A stretch of 62,419 nucleotides of DNA, filler included, from Catajapyx aquilonaris (GCA_000934665.2; 2 parts of 2 records of this genome joined end to end with filler, not necessarily neighbours in it); one strand, 5' to 3'. Positions 34,796-47,347 are shown, counted from the whole stretch's first letter. A program made the numbers and translations. The notes: generated by a model not told the origin, from the sequence alone.

Positions 34796-35670
34796 TTAAG
34801 TAGTGCGAAAAAGTTCTCCTCCGAGCAAATATTTCCTGAGATACATCTATTTACCTCCTCTCACAACACTGCTCCTGAAAAGCAACAATATCCAGGCATC
34901 CAACAAAACATCGGATATGAAAAAACCCATCCTGACTTCCATGATTTATTCTTCGATTAACATGTAATGTTTATTACATGAATCCGATTTACTTTAAAAC
35001 CTTTGGAGAAAATCTGGCTTCTAGATCTTGAGCTTCCTTCAAGTGTTCTCCGGGGTTCTAATGAGAGCGGCTTTTACGAGACTTGCTCTATATTCAACAG
35101 CCTCATGAAAAGCAATAAAACTGGGGAAGGCTTTATTCAGATTCAAAAGGAAAACGCAGATGTCGCTGCTGTTTTCTACTCTCCCTATCCAGTCCCCCCC
35201 TCTGGTCGCACATTTCCATTTCCTGAAATGAGGAGAATGAAAAGAAAAGAGCACTGCCGCTTTCCAAAGAAGGGAGTCAAAAAGATACAAAAACAAAAGG
35301 GGGGGACACGGAGGATTATCGCACCTCGGATGTTAAGAGGTGAAGGAGAGGTTAGGTGGCCCTTTTTGGGGAAGATTGCACGTTGGCTGCGAAATTAAGG
35401 TGGGCGATAAATAATCTCGGGGGCCTCTGTATTGCGCCTGGACCCACGACACCATCGTTGTGTTGCACAATAGCCTCAGTCGCTGAAGCACAGCCGGGGT
35501 TGGAAGTAATTTTCGGCAGTCTTCCGGCAGGTGGAGGCCAATGGTGCAGTCAGAAAGTTTATGCCATAATTTATAGCGATTAAAAAAATAGTACATGTAA
35601 TATTGTTAGTGTAAGTTATTTCTAATTGTAGTTGGTGAAAAGCTACTAATTATTAAGTAAGTTAAGTGTA

Positions 35671-36030
35671 TTACTACTAAATTCACGGTGGAAGACCGGA
35701 TAGGCTCCACCCCCTACCACTGGTCATGGCCAGCTCTGCTGCCAAATGTGGAAGGTTCGATGGTTTATGGCAGGGGACTGCTTTATTTACCTCTTCTTCC
35801 CCAATAAACCCTGTTGTACCTCTCCCCACATCCATCCTTCCCCTTGAGGCGATTGCCACTCTTGGCAACTCAGCAGGAGTGTGCCAAGCCGGGAAAAACG
35901 GTTAAGCTCTACTCCAATGGTATTTCTCCATAAGCTTTCCCTAATACTACAAAAATGTCGAACGTATTTCCAAACGTGATTTTTCAGTGGGCAGGGCCTA
36001 TCCGGTCTTCCACCGTGAATTTAGTAGTAA
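35671..36030. mobile_element. 360-bp element with perfect 34-bp terminal inverted repeats, unassigned
   Basis: TTACTACTAAATTCACGGTGGAAGACCGGATAGG at 35671 and its exact reverse complement ending at 36030; no obvious TSD. Confidence 0.75.
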
Positions 36031-36795
36031 CGTCTATTTTCACTTTTTTATATAATATTATTAGGAACAATTTGCACTAAAATTGTCAATTCTAGCAGTG
36101 TTTTTTAGGGAGAGGTTACGTAAGAAGTAGTTTTAACACCCTAATTATTACAGGTTTAAATAATGGTCGCATCCTATTCTGAACAAGAGCCGTACAATTT
36201 CATTACCACACATCGACGCACTCCACAATGCATGGCATTGTCAGACGGTACCCACCTTTTTACAAATTTTTATTTTTTAAAAAAATCTCCCTCCCTGGCG
36301 CGCCTTTGATCAAGAGAGGGCGCCTGCAGGCCCGACACAAGGAATCAAGTTAACGCAAAAATTCAAACCCAATTATGTCAGCACCGCAGCAGCGCCAGAA
36401 ATGTGACATGCACTTTTCGCATTCCCGACTCTTCATTATTTGTTCTCTGGGGGTACCCTCCCTCCCTTCCTTCGGAAAAAGGTTGTGCCGACATGTCAAA
36501 CGGGCCGCACCAACCGTCGCCATGACATTTCAATCTGTCCACCGCTCTTTTGATGCACACAAGAGAGCCAGAAGCACACGTGTAATGAGAATGGACCGTA
36601 TATACTCTCCACCCAGATGATGTAAGAAAGGTGTAATTAACAATGGACATCAATTCGCAAAATGGTCTCGTCCAGGATTGATTTTGCGATTGTCACGTAG
36701 TTCTACCCTTCTCTCATAGATGGCGCATCCTATCTGCACACTATTGCCACTCAGGTCGTGCGAGGGGTAGTGGTACTCTCAGCTCGAACAAACAA

Positions 36796-37396
36796 CTAGA
36801 AAGAGAGACACAGATTATGTGTATGGTGCCATGGTAAACAGGATATCATGGCAACAAGGACAAGTCGACATGACCATGGCAACGAGAAATGAACTGACAA
36901 CATTCTCTGTCATTGTTGTCCTATTTGAATATTCTTGGCAATGAGAAAGTATACTCGAATCACGCTCGCTGATTTGCCAATCTTGGTGTGGATTCATCGA
37001 AATGTCGTAAGTCAAATTTTCGTCCTAACCTTATAACCGGTTACGACGTATAAGGTGCTTTAAATAACAAGTAATAATTAACTTAAAAGTTCTTTACAAC
37101 TATTGAAAAGCATTTTGAAGCTCCTCGTTACTATTTTAAGTATATTTTGGCCTACAGAATCTCATGGTCATTATCATTAGTTACAAAGCACGCTCAGTTT
37201 CTTTGAAATTTTGAAATCAATTTAAGACTAATTATTACATCCGACTGGAAAGAGAGACGGCCGATTATACGTATGTATGATACTGCGGTAAACCCGTTGC
37301 CATGGTAAACTGCGGACGGACAAACAGACAAACAAACAAGCTAACAAGCTTTCCCTTACGTAATATGTAATACCTTGGTAATACCGTATTATATGA
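36796..37396 (-). mobile_element. Non-autonomous Helitron-like element
   Basis: On -: 5' TCATATAA, then a GTTT/GTCT/GTCC microsatellite, and a 3' hairpin ACACA-taatc-TGTGT followed by CTAG|T. Confidence 0.6.
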
Positions 37397-37416
37397 AAAG
37401 CTTATACTGTTAAATG

Positions 37417-37536
37417 CAAGGGGTTAGCAACTCCCCCAAAAAGTGTACACCAGATCCTGGAACCGGGTTCCATGCCGGTTCCACCTGGTTCCTTGGCCAG
37501 TGTGTACACCTGTCCCAGGGAGTTGCTAACCCCTTG
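37417..37536. mobile_element. 120-bp hAT-type MITE with intact TSD
   Basis: Perfect 19-bp TIR CAAGGGGTTAGCAACTCCC; perfect 8-bp TSD GTTAAATG (37409-37416, 37537-37544). Confidence 0.92.
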
Positions 37537-38905
37537 GTTAAATGTGTATGAGTTCTCTGAGTAGTGAAAATGGAGAATTTGCAACGTTTTGGCATATAAT
37601 AAACGTGCCAATATTTAAAGTCAATAGGACTTCCCATATTGTTAGTTTGTGTCGAAATGAGCTACAGAGCACGTGTCTCATACCCAACTCTGGGTTCCAC
37701 GTGTTTCAAAGCCATCCCTCGAGGCACATGTTTGTTCTGACCCCCATTGCATACCAGTGTTTCCGTGATTCCTCCACCCAAAATTGACGAAGTGGCTGCC
37801 GGCACTTCTCCCCGGGAGAGTCCACCATTTTCTCCTAGATCCTTCTCCTCCCTTCCCTGTATCCCTTTAATCTAATGTGGGCAGAGCAGAAACCAATAAG
37901 GAGGCAGAGTGCAAACAGCCTGAGTAATGCCGAGCAGGAGCAAAGGGTAAACTGATCTGTGGCCATGGAAGCCTCTTCCTCTCTCCTTGCTGCCTTTGCT
38001 TGTTTTGAGGAAGCTTCGGAGGCCCCCAAGACCTACGTTTTGGGTTGGGCTTGAGGTCTCGTCTATATCCTTGCCTTGGCTTCCTCTTCCACCCCCTCGA
38101 CGAAAAGGGGTTTGCCGAGCCAAATCGCGTTTCCGGAAGCAAACGTGGCTGCGACCGAAAGAGATTTGCCAAGTGTAGCCTTGAATCCGGAAATTTGAGA
38201 GAGAGAGAATCGCTTATTGTTTTTGTAACATGATCATCGGTGGAGCCCTACCCATGCAAAGTGTTGGGAAACATAATTCTCTGGAAATGCCCTGAAGCAT
38301 TTTTAGGGATGGAAACAATTTCCTAGAACTCTGATGGGCTGTCTTTGGCACACACGTATTACTTAGCGACTGTAGGGCAGAACCCGAACTTTGCCCGAAC
38401 TTTTTTTTTTAAAAAAAAAATATTGCACATATAGGGATTCTGGGAACTTTCTGATGTTACTGTAGTCTGAAAGGATAATGGGGATAAAAATTAATAAGGA
38501 AGCTGTCGCCTGAAATAATTGGTACATACTTCAACCAAGTTGTACCGTGGAAGCCAAACTTCGAACTTATACTGGTAGTGGATAACGAGCCAATTATTTT
38601 TTTGCACTTGAATTTTTCACTGTACTGTCCTAGGCCATCCCTACTGACCCCGAAGGTCCATTTGTACAACTGTTAATTTTACAGTTGAATCCGGATGTAA
38701 CAGACTCCAATGGACTGCTGAAAAAGTATGCTATAGCCAAATCGTCACTTTTGCAGCGAATACACAAAGTTGTTTTGCTTCCCATATGCCTATAATGTAC
38801 ATTAATACATACTGAGTAATGAAATTCACCAAAAACGCTATATTACCTCACCCCATAAAATTACGCAGGACAAAAAAAACTGTCGTCTCCTTTTTGTCAA
38901 TTATA

Positions 38906-39153
38906 CAGGGTGTCCCAAGTTCGTGGGTCACTTCTTGATAACTGATATCGCCGGTTAGCAGTTATTTTTGTAGCTTGTTCTGCCCCTAACCATGTGCCCC
39001 ATTCTAGACCCCATTTTATAACTACTGCTATATTCGAGCAGTAGTTATAGAAGCAATAGGACACATGTTTAGGGGCACAACAAGCTACAAAAATAACTGC
39101 TATCGGGGCGATATCAGTTATCAAGAGGTGATCTACGAACTTGGAACACCCTG
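38906..39153. mobile_element. Tc1/mariner-type fold-back MITE (248 bp)
   Basis: TA|CAGGGTGTCCCAAGTTCGT...ACGAACTTGGAACACCCTG|TA; inverted arms cover most of the length. Confidence 0.92.
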
Positions 39154-39270
39154 TATAACAGAAAAGGCATATTTTCCCGCCGAGGGGCTAAGAAACGATC
39201 TGTTATACCCGAAGGGAGGTGAAACTAGTCTGTTATATCAGGAGTAAAAATACACAGGGCACATGGGAGT

Positions 39271-39492
39271 GTTTATTTATCATACCCCGTGCTAGAGCCT
39301 TTGGCTCTCTTAGGGAGATGGATTACCACCATTGGATGGGACCAGGGATAGGGAAGGAAGCGGCTGTGGCCTATTTTTACGGAAACGACCCCGGAATTGT
39401 CCATAGAAAACCACAGAAAACCATGGTCATTCGAACCCACGACCTCCCGATTTTCAGGTGGGATCCTTATCTCCTACACCAACCTGCTTCGG
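39271..39492 (-). mobile_element. tRNA-derived SINE
   Basis: B-box-like GGTTCGAAT on -; body shared with 52205-52390; ATAAATAAAC tail; GGGAGT duplicated on both sides (39265-39270, 39493-39498). Confidence 0.85.
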
Positions 39493-40780
39493 GGGAGTAT
39501 GCCGAGACCGGCCTGTTATAACCGAAAGTTCGTTATAACCGAGGCTGTTATATCCGGAGTCAACAGTATTTTGTACTTGACTTACTACTTTGAGGACTGA
39601 CCACCCTAGGTCATCCCTCCTGGCCCCGAAGGTCCAACAGCACGACAGGGTCATATCAATTTATTAGCCCTGCCTGCAGCCAGGCCGTCTCACGACTGAC
39701 TACAAAAATCCTCATCAGGTCTGCACCTAGTGAGGCCCCCCATATGCTGCAAGCACCATTCACTGTCGCCAAGCATTGTTTCACGAAATGAAACTAATAC
39801 ACACTCGCACAAATTTACTGCACCGTTGAAAACCTCCCCAGGCCGTCCAAAGCAACACCCTTTCCGATAACACCCGCCGTAAACAACCATCCGAAACGCG
39901 AAGCGCGTGACTCTTATATGCAACAGAGGCGTTGTAACCCGCCGTACCACCCATATCAATGACTCACGACTTATAACACTAATGGGAAATTAATGCCTCG
40001 CGTTCACTGATTCGAGCTTCCCCACCGTACATTTTCTCGCCCGACTTTTTCCCCACCAATGGCTCCCATGAGGACCTTCTCTCCCACCAAAAAAAAGGGT
40101 GGTCTCATCACGCCATACCCGCGACACGAACATGACATCACCTTTTTTGTGTGTGTGTCGCCTGGACCGCGTTGGAAATTAATTTGGCCAAAACCGCGCC
40201 ATCTTTCCTTTCCTCCCCATGTTGTAAATCCTGCCCCCTGGGTGACGATAAGGGAACAGCTCAGGTGCAATCACCATCGAGAGACTTGGGACCGTTGAAA
40301 AAAAATGGCGGTTGGGCTGGGTAGGCATTTTATCTGCAGATTAGGACTGCGGTATTAGTTGCGAGTAGTGTGCCATCTCTGCGGCAGAAGATAGGGCTCA
40401 GGGAAAAGCAAGACGAACGACTCCGAGAGTATTTGTTTTATTGCTTCTTAACACCCCAGAGAAGAGTTTAGGAAAGGGGACGTGGGGGAGAGTTATGGGG
40501 CCTATATCCCCCCCCACCCCCCACCTCCTCTCCCTGTTCCCTATACCACCAAACCAGATAAGGAAGGACGTTCCGGGAATGCCAACTGCTTTTATGATGA
40601 AGTCGTGATAAATATAAAAAAGCAGGCAGTTGGCCCTCGGAGGACAAACCCTCTTCTTTCTTGCGAGTAGGATGGTCCTAAGAGTCGGAGGTGAATTTTT
40701 TAGAGAGGAAATGGTGCAGGAGAGGGAAATGAATGAAAATGTCAAAAAATTGTGGTTGGTGAAAGACATTCAACCGGTAA

Positions 40781-41455
40781 GAGCGCTCTTAAGCAGCTTC
40801 TTGGATAAGGATCGTTCCTAAGCAACTCCTATGGCATAAAGATCGGTCCTAAGCAGGTACTACGGGATAATGATCTCTCCTAAAGCAGCTCCTATGGGAT
40901 AAAGATCGTCCCTAAACAACTCCTTTGGGACAAGGATTGTTCCTAAGCAGCTCTTATGGGATAGGGATCGTTCCTAAGAAGCTCCTAAAGGATAATGATA
41001 ATTTTTAAGCAGCTCTTATGGGATAAGTATCGCTCCTAAGCAGCTCCTTTGGGACAAGGACAGTTCCTAAGCAGCTCTTACGGGGTAAGGATCGCTCCTA
41101 AGCAACCCTTATGGGACAAGGATTGTTCCAAGCAGCTCCTACAGGATAATGATCGTTCCTAAGCAGCTCCTACAGGACTAGGATCGTTCCTAAGCAGCTC
41201 CTACAGGACAAGGATTGTTCCTAAGCAGCTCCTACAGGATAATGATCGTTCCTAAGCAGCTCTGATGGGACAAGGATCGCTCCTAAGCAACTCCTTTGGG
41301 ACAGGGATCGTTCCTTAGCAGCTCCTACAGGATAATGATCGTCCCTAAGCAGCTCTTATGGGGTAAGGAGCGTTCCTAAGCAACTCCTTCGGGACAAAGA
41401 CTGTTCCTAATAAGCAGCTCCTACAGGATGATCGTTCCTTATCAGCTCATATGGC
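40781..41455. repeat. 31-bp minisatellite, ~21-22 diverged copies (consensus near CCTAAGCAGCTCCTAYRGGAYAAKGATCGTT)
   Basis: Head-to-tail units with no unique spacers. Confidence 0.95.
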
Positions 41456-42875
41456 ATCAGTCAGCGCGACTAATTCTTCACAGCAATTTACCTACACGTT
41501 TATAAGGGAACCACGGTTTACTAGCAATCTATCAAACGACTGATCATTAAATTATTTCTAACTGCTTAAGTACGCAGTAGCTGAAGAGGCTGTTCAGGAC
41601 ACACCTGTGCGTGCCTAGCCTCCCTGAGCCAACTCCTGGCAGTCTATTAAAATATTTACCTTAAATTCCACTCCACAACTGCGCCCAAGTGTGGCAGTAT
41701 AGCACCTTAACTATCTTCGAAGGTTTAAAAAAAAACCAACATGTCGGCTTTTTTTACCTTCCAAGAAGGGAGAGAGAAAAAATTGCGCCTGATTAAGGCC
41801 TGAAAGGTAATAAAGAGAGGGTACCCGTGAAAGGTCGTTATGGCGAGCAGATGCTTAAGACTTTTGCCTTCAATTTCGCATCGAGTTACGAGCAAACTTT
41901 GCAATCTCAGGGCAAACTCAAGCTTAAACCTGCCTGAAGGAACCGTCTGGTCTCATCTGCCGTCTCTGGGCCAACCTACCAAAAGTAATCATCCCCACTG
42001 CATGGCTAACCGTTAAGAGCAAGGTGCTTCCTGATTTCTTACCTCCGATTTTTTTTTTCTTTGGGGGGGGGGGTGCTCAGGTGAGAATGGGAGTAGAGAC
42101 AGTGGCATATCAGAATTTGCATACTCGATATTGCATAAATAATGAATGTATCGGAAACCGATGGGGGAACTAGACAAGTATCGCTTATCGAAAAATGTTG
42201 CTAATCACGCGAATCTAATGTTGACAATAATTGACACATTGACTATGAAGATTGATGATGGCAAATTGTTGCTTGTGGATCGGTCATACTCTGAATTAGG
42301 TAAGTACAGTAGATATTGATTGGTCAAGTCAGTTTCATATTGGAGCATCTGAGCAAAACACTGAGTATGAAACTATATTCATTTAAAAAATTTGCAGAAC
42401 GATCAGTCACATTTGACAGATACCAACATATTAGCATGTTAGCTTTTAAATTGTATTAGCCGTTATAATATGTATGTCAAAACTCTGAGTTCATCGTTCG
42501 AAATAACCTTTCTATCACAATATTAAAATATGCCTACTCAATTTTAACCAAAATGCAATTTTTTTTTCGTTATGAAGGTTGTCTATTGTCGGCTAAATTT
42601 TATTTAATAACTACAGTATTAAGTAGGCCCACTCACTTATTAACTTAATATTTCTAAGCAATTTTTGCCATATTTTCATGCATATTAACTCCCCTAAAAT
42701 GTAGTACTTCAGGCACTAAATTTGCACATACTTTCACACAATATGCATATTATACAGGGTGGCCCACAAGTAGTATTTTTGTAGTAGATGGCTACTCGTA
42801 TACCGGTATATACAGTATAATTTCATTAATTCATTTCACTCACGGCATATTCCCATCAACATAGGGTAACCAACG

Positions 42876-42914
42876 ATGAATGAATGAATGAATGGATGAA
42901 TGAATGAATGAATG
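42876..42914. repeat. (TGAA)n microsatellite
   Basis: Direct reading. Confidence 0.9.
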
Positions 42915-43033
42915 ACTGGTATACAGTATTATGGTAACCATATACGTACCTTTGGAGGTCCAGACTTGGGGACCGCTTGTACTTATTTTCACAGCTTGAG
43001 CTCTGCGGCCATTTTTTAATCAATGTAGCGACC

Positions 43034-43490
43034 GGGTCTAGGACTTTCCGCCCCCGCCGTTTCGCCCCCGTGACAATTTTGTCCCCGTGACATATTCGTC
43101 GTGGTGGGCAAAGCCACAATAACGTTAGTTAGCCTGCGGCGCCACAAGACCGACAGTAAATGTTGCGGATACAGAAACCCACAATAAGCGCCCAGCTCCG
43201 CTTTCGCTCCGCAAAAACTAAAAATATCACGCACGGGCGACGTACCGTGCCTGGCAGGGCCACAGGAATGGACAGTACTGCTGCGGTAACAAAAAGCCAT
43301 ACAGCATCACCAACACAAAGCCCCTGTGACCCAAGCAGAAGACCGCAAAATTTCATTTTATAAATCAGGCATATTCATGGCTCGAGAAATGCCCAGCCGA
43401 ATACTTCAACGAATACGTCACGGGGGCGAAATTGTCACGGGGGCCAATATGCCGGGGGCTAAATGTCCAGGGGCGAAACGTCCGGATCCC
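43034..43490. mobile_element. TIR element with repetitive subterminal TTCGCCCCC-type motifs (possibly Mutator-like)
   Basis: Left ggactttccgccccc..ttcgcccccgtgacaattt..ccccgtgacatattcg mirrors right cgaatacgtcacgggggcgaaattgtcacggggg..ggggcgaaacgtcc; no TSD seen. Confidence 0.7.
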
Positions 43491-43534
43491 TTACCAAATA
43501 GAGAAGATCGTGCTACTTTCAGCAGAGTAGGAAA

Positions 43535-43559
43535 AGGTTAGGTTAGGTTAGGTTAGGTT
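43535..43559. repeat. Short interstitial (TTAGG)n tract
   Basis: aggttaggttaggttaggttaggtt; TTAGG is the ancestral arthropod telomere repeat. Confidence 0.85.
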
Positions 43560-46500
43560 TGTGTGTCTTTTGTGCCATATATTGGAAACACTGCATCACT
43601 TGCCCTATTTACTCACTTACCGCCTAATTTCATATTTGGAAATAATTCCAATCTGAATCGTCCTCCATTTCTACAAACTGGTATGTAGTGTTGCAACACA
43701 TCGATCATACTGCACTGATTATATCTACATGAGCCCAATAGGCGGTCAAGGATGCAGCCCTTAATTGAGACAACAACCGCGAGGCCTCAATTTAGGCCTC
43801 ACCTAGAAAATTGGGTTAAATCAGGGCGTGATATACGACGCGTCAGGTCTCGCTCTAGGCCCCAGTCCCTCAGCATTGTTGGGGGGGGATAGGTTGTCCC
43901 CAAGGCTGTTTACGAAAGGTGGTGGATGAAGTGAATGCATGTTATTCTGCATTGCGGTTCGAAAGGCGTTCGATGACCGCCACCATACGAGTTCAATTCC
44001 TCAGCTGCGGGTAGATATTGACTTCCCATTGGAAGTCTCCAGTGGATTGGAAAGTTTTCTAGAGGTTCGAAAGGACGGAAGTTCTAGTGGGGGAGGCCCA
44101 AAACGGTTCCCAACATGGGCGAAAATGAGACAGGGCATTCTTTTGTGTTGTACAGGCACGAGGCAGCCTGACTCAATCAATACCCTGGCACAAAGGAGCC
44201 CCATCCCTGCCTCAAATTGCTTCCACGGGTCAAACTAGGGCCTAATTTTTGCCTCTTCGCCCTCTTCCACCAAAAGGAGAGAAAAAGCTGGAAGGGTAGA
44301 GCTAGAAAAAAAAAAAAGCTGATTGGCTGGACAAGGAACTGGCAGGGGGCTCTGAAGCTTAAGTTGTCCTTCTTGCCCCAATCCGATTCGTATTCAGGAG
44401 GAAGTTCAGCCCCAAGTTTTGAGAAGAAACTTATTTTTTGCGCTGGAGTGGAATAATGTGTTTCCTCCTTATTGCTGCTTGGTGGGTGGGAAAGTGTTCA
44501 AGTTTAAGGGGGATGGGGTGGGGTATTATATTGGAGCCGTTGTGTCGGGTGTTGGTATACTATAAGTGGGTCAGTTAGTGGGTATTCATTATTGTTTGGG
44601 GGTTATAAAAAGATGCTTAATTGGCTCTTTCTGTTAAATAATGGTCTTTTAGTACAATAGGATTTATTTTGTGGGGGGCTAGGATAACTTTTATAACCTC
44701 CTGAGACCCCTAGTACACCTTTTCAATCACCTTTGTTTTTTTACGCGTTTGAGTTAGTCAGAAGGTGCTGGAAAAAACAAAGGTACAGTATACTGTACCA
44801 GGGGTCTCAATCAGTAGATGAAAATTCAAAATTCAGTATGTACGATGCTCAAGTGAATGTGGTCATACAGATGGCAAATTTCGATTCTCTAGTCAATATT
44901 TGCTGCTTACAATGTAAGCAGTAAAAATCTAGCGCCAAAATTGGTGAATTTAATTGAAAATTAATCACGGAAGAGATCATTTTCAAAATAATGTAAATAA
45001 TATTATTTTACTAGTTTCTACTAGCATTTTCTACTAGCTTGCCCCCCATTTTTGGGGGATAATGCCGTGATGTAATGAATTAACGAATGACCATGAGCCA
45101 GCACTTGCAAGTTAGACCTGTTCTAGCCTATGTCAATACTTCTAACTTGTATTCCCTCCCCGAAAATCCCTATCATTGCCTAATGTCTGGATTCCTTGCA
45201 CCGGAGATTGAAGGGAAAAAAAGTATAAATATACTAGAAAACTGATGGTGGTGTGCCACCCCCCAAAAAGGCCCAAGGAGGCCAATCACTGGGTAAAATA
45301 AATAAAATTCCCCCTATAATAATAGCCTTATTTTTTTCGCCTCTGGAACGCTCCGGAAGAAGAACGGTCCCTGGTGAGTGCTGCCACCTTCTGATCGCGG
45401 CGGAAAGATGGAAGGGCCCCTGGTGAGTGCTGCCACCTTCTGATCACGGCACTAAATCATCAGGGCTTGCCTAATTTTGGCTACGGGTGCGCTAGTAAAT
45501 AAATAAAATACTTCGAACTTATCTATACAATATTAGAGAGTACTTGTGTCACACACTGTCAACAATTTTTTGTCAGTTTTTGAAACCACTTCTGTAGTTG
45601 GCAAATTCAGGTTGAGTTACACTAGACTCGAGGCCCTTTAAATCCTTAATACATTGCCAGTGTTTCAACCCAAAAATCACCCTGCAATGTCACACCCTTT
45701 CTGCAAAACCCGTCCGAGTTTAGGCAACGTTCTATCTGTAGTCAAATTACTCCAGGAAGATTTTCCTCATTTATGACGCTTGTTCACCCTCCTCCCCCCC
45801 TCCCTCTTTACAGTTCATTGGCTTGAATGAGCCATGGCCCCCACTCTATTAATATTCCTAAGCGCTCCAGGACCTTTAAGTGTGCGTTAATAATCTATAA
45901 TTCAATTTTGCAAATAACAGTCTCCGGCAATAAATGCGAATGCCTTAGCCTCGTATGTCAAAACCCTCTCGTTTAATATGACTGAAGACTGATAGTTCAA
46001 AAAGTTGCAAAATGTATATAAAACCTTTTTTTGGATTTTTTTAGAGAGCATATAATAATCCCATGTCCTCCAGCATGGAAAAGGAACGGTATCGGCGCAA
46101 TTTGGAAGCCAGTCTTTGTCACCCCAAAAACCGGGTACAATGAGCCGTCCAATCACGACTGACTGAATGCCTGCGCATCGAGTTTGGTTTTTTTTCAAAA
46201 AAAAAAAAAAAGAGAAAAAAGTTGGGTCATTCATCCGGCCGAATGTGATGCGGATGTGTGCACAAAATTGCCGCCAAACTGATTTCCTTAGAGTGAAACG
46301 GTCTCGCATGAATGTGTTGAAATGGGTACGTAGTCCACCCACGAGCTGGGCAAGGACCGGTACATACAGAGCAGTCATTAAAATGTTTTCATGGCAATAA
46401 GCTGACTAGTGAAACGTATGGGTATCCAACCCGTTTGGTTATTAACCGAAAAAAAAAATGAGGCAGCTCCAGGGGGGGTAGTTCGATAATCAAACGCAAT

Positions 46501-47084
46501 TCGGGAGGTTCGGCACGATTATGCTGGTATACCGGTGGGACGACGGTACAGGACATGTCGAGAGTGATTACAACCCGGACAGGATTGACAAATCAACACA
46601 TTTTACGGCGATTTTAAGCGACGGATATGGCGTTTCAACTACTTGCTGATTCGAAGTGCGCGCCACAGACGCTTCGGGTGACGTCAACGGTTGGGTCGTT
46701 TACAGGGTGCCAGATGCAGGCAAGCGACATCTGGCACCGGTGGGTTTGGTGTTGTGGTTTAGGCGACTGTACATGACCTAAATCTGCAAAAGGTCCATCG
46801 GTTGAGGATAAAATTATCCGGAATCCTGAGGTTAACATCCATACTGTAATATTACACTTACAGCTAATGCTACCTGTATATCTATCATTATAAAAGTCAA
46901 AGTTTGTTTCTTTGTTCATATTTTTCGTACGGCCAAATAATAACTTGTGCAGATCCGAATTTATGGCATGATAACCGATTGCAATGCTAACCTGTCTTCA
47001 TAGTAACCATTAACCAAACGTGGACATACTAACGAACTCACTTACTTTGCCTTCTATATTTATTATCATAGCCGTTCCTTAATC

Positions 47085-47337
47085 AATTATTTACCTATTT
47101 ATTCATCAATTTATTTACCTATTTATTCATCAATTTATTTTCTTACTGTTCATCCATTTATTTTCTTATTGTTCATCCATTTATTTTCTTATTGTTCATC
47201 CATTTATTTTCTTATTGTTCATCCATTTATTTTCTTATTGTTCATCCATTTATTTTCTTATTGTTCATCCATTTATTTTCTTATTGTTCATCCATTTATT
47301 TTCTTATTGTTCATCCATTTATTTTCTTATTGTTCAT
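47085..47337. repeat. 23-bp minisatellite (TTCTTATTGTTCATCCATTTATT), ~8 near-identical copies plus diverged upstream copies
   Basis: Direct reading; explains the periodic ORF 47169-47375. Confidence 0.95.
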
Positions 47338-47347
47338 GTACAGTACA

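Larger units (their letters stand above)
38682..39566. mobile_element. pogo-like MITE carrying two nested insertions
   Basis: TA|CAGTTGAATCCGGATGTAACAG...CTGTTATATCCGGAGTCAACAG|TA; colinear with the uninterrupted copy at 61806-62215 once inserts are removed. Confidence 0.85.

Noticed and set aside
37835..38029. ORF with a signal-peptide-like stretch (LLRLFALCLLIGFCSA)
   Set aside because: It stops 14 codons later with no splice donor before the stop and has no recognisable domain.
39700..39730. CTGATGAG on the minus strand (hammerhead core)
   Set aside because: No correctly placed GAAA or supporting stems.
40781..41455. CRISPR array
   Set aside because: Units are tandem and homologous over their whole length, with no unique spacers, no cas genes and a eukaryotic context.
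43535..43559. True telomere or chromosome fusion site
   Set aside because: Only about 5 units, internal and next to a TIR element; such tracts are common in arthropod repeats.
46574..46590. GGACAGGATTGACA, similar to a stretch of 18S rRNA
   Set aside because: Only about 14 nt match, and the flanks do not resemble rRNA.
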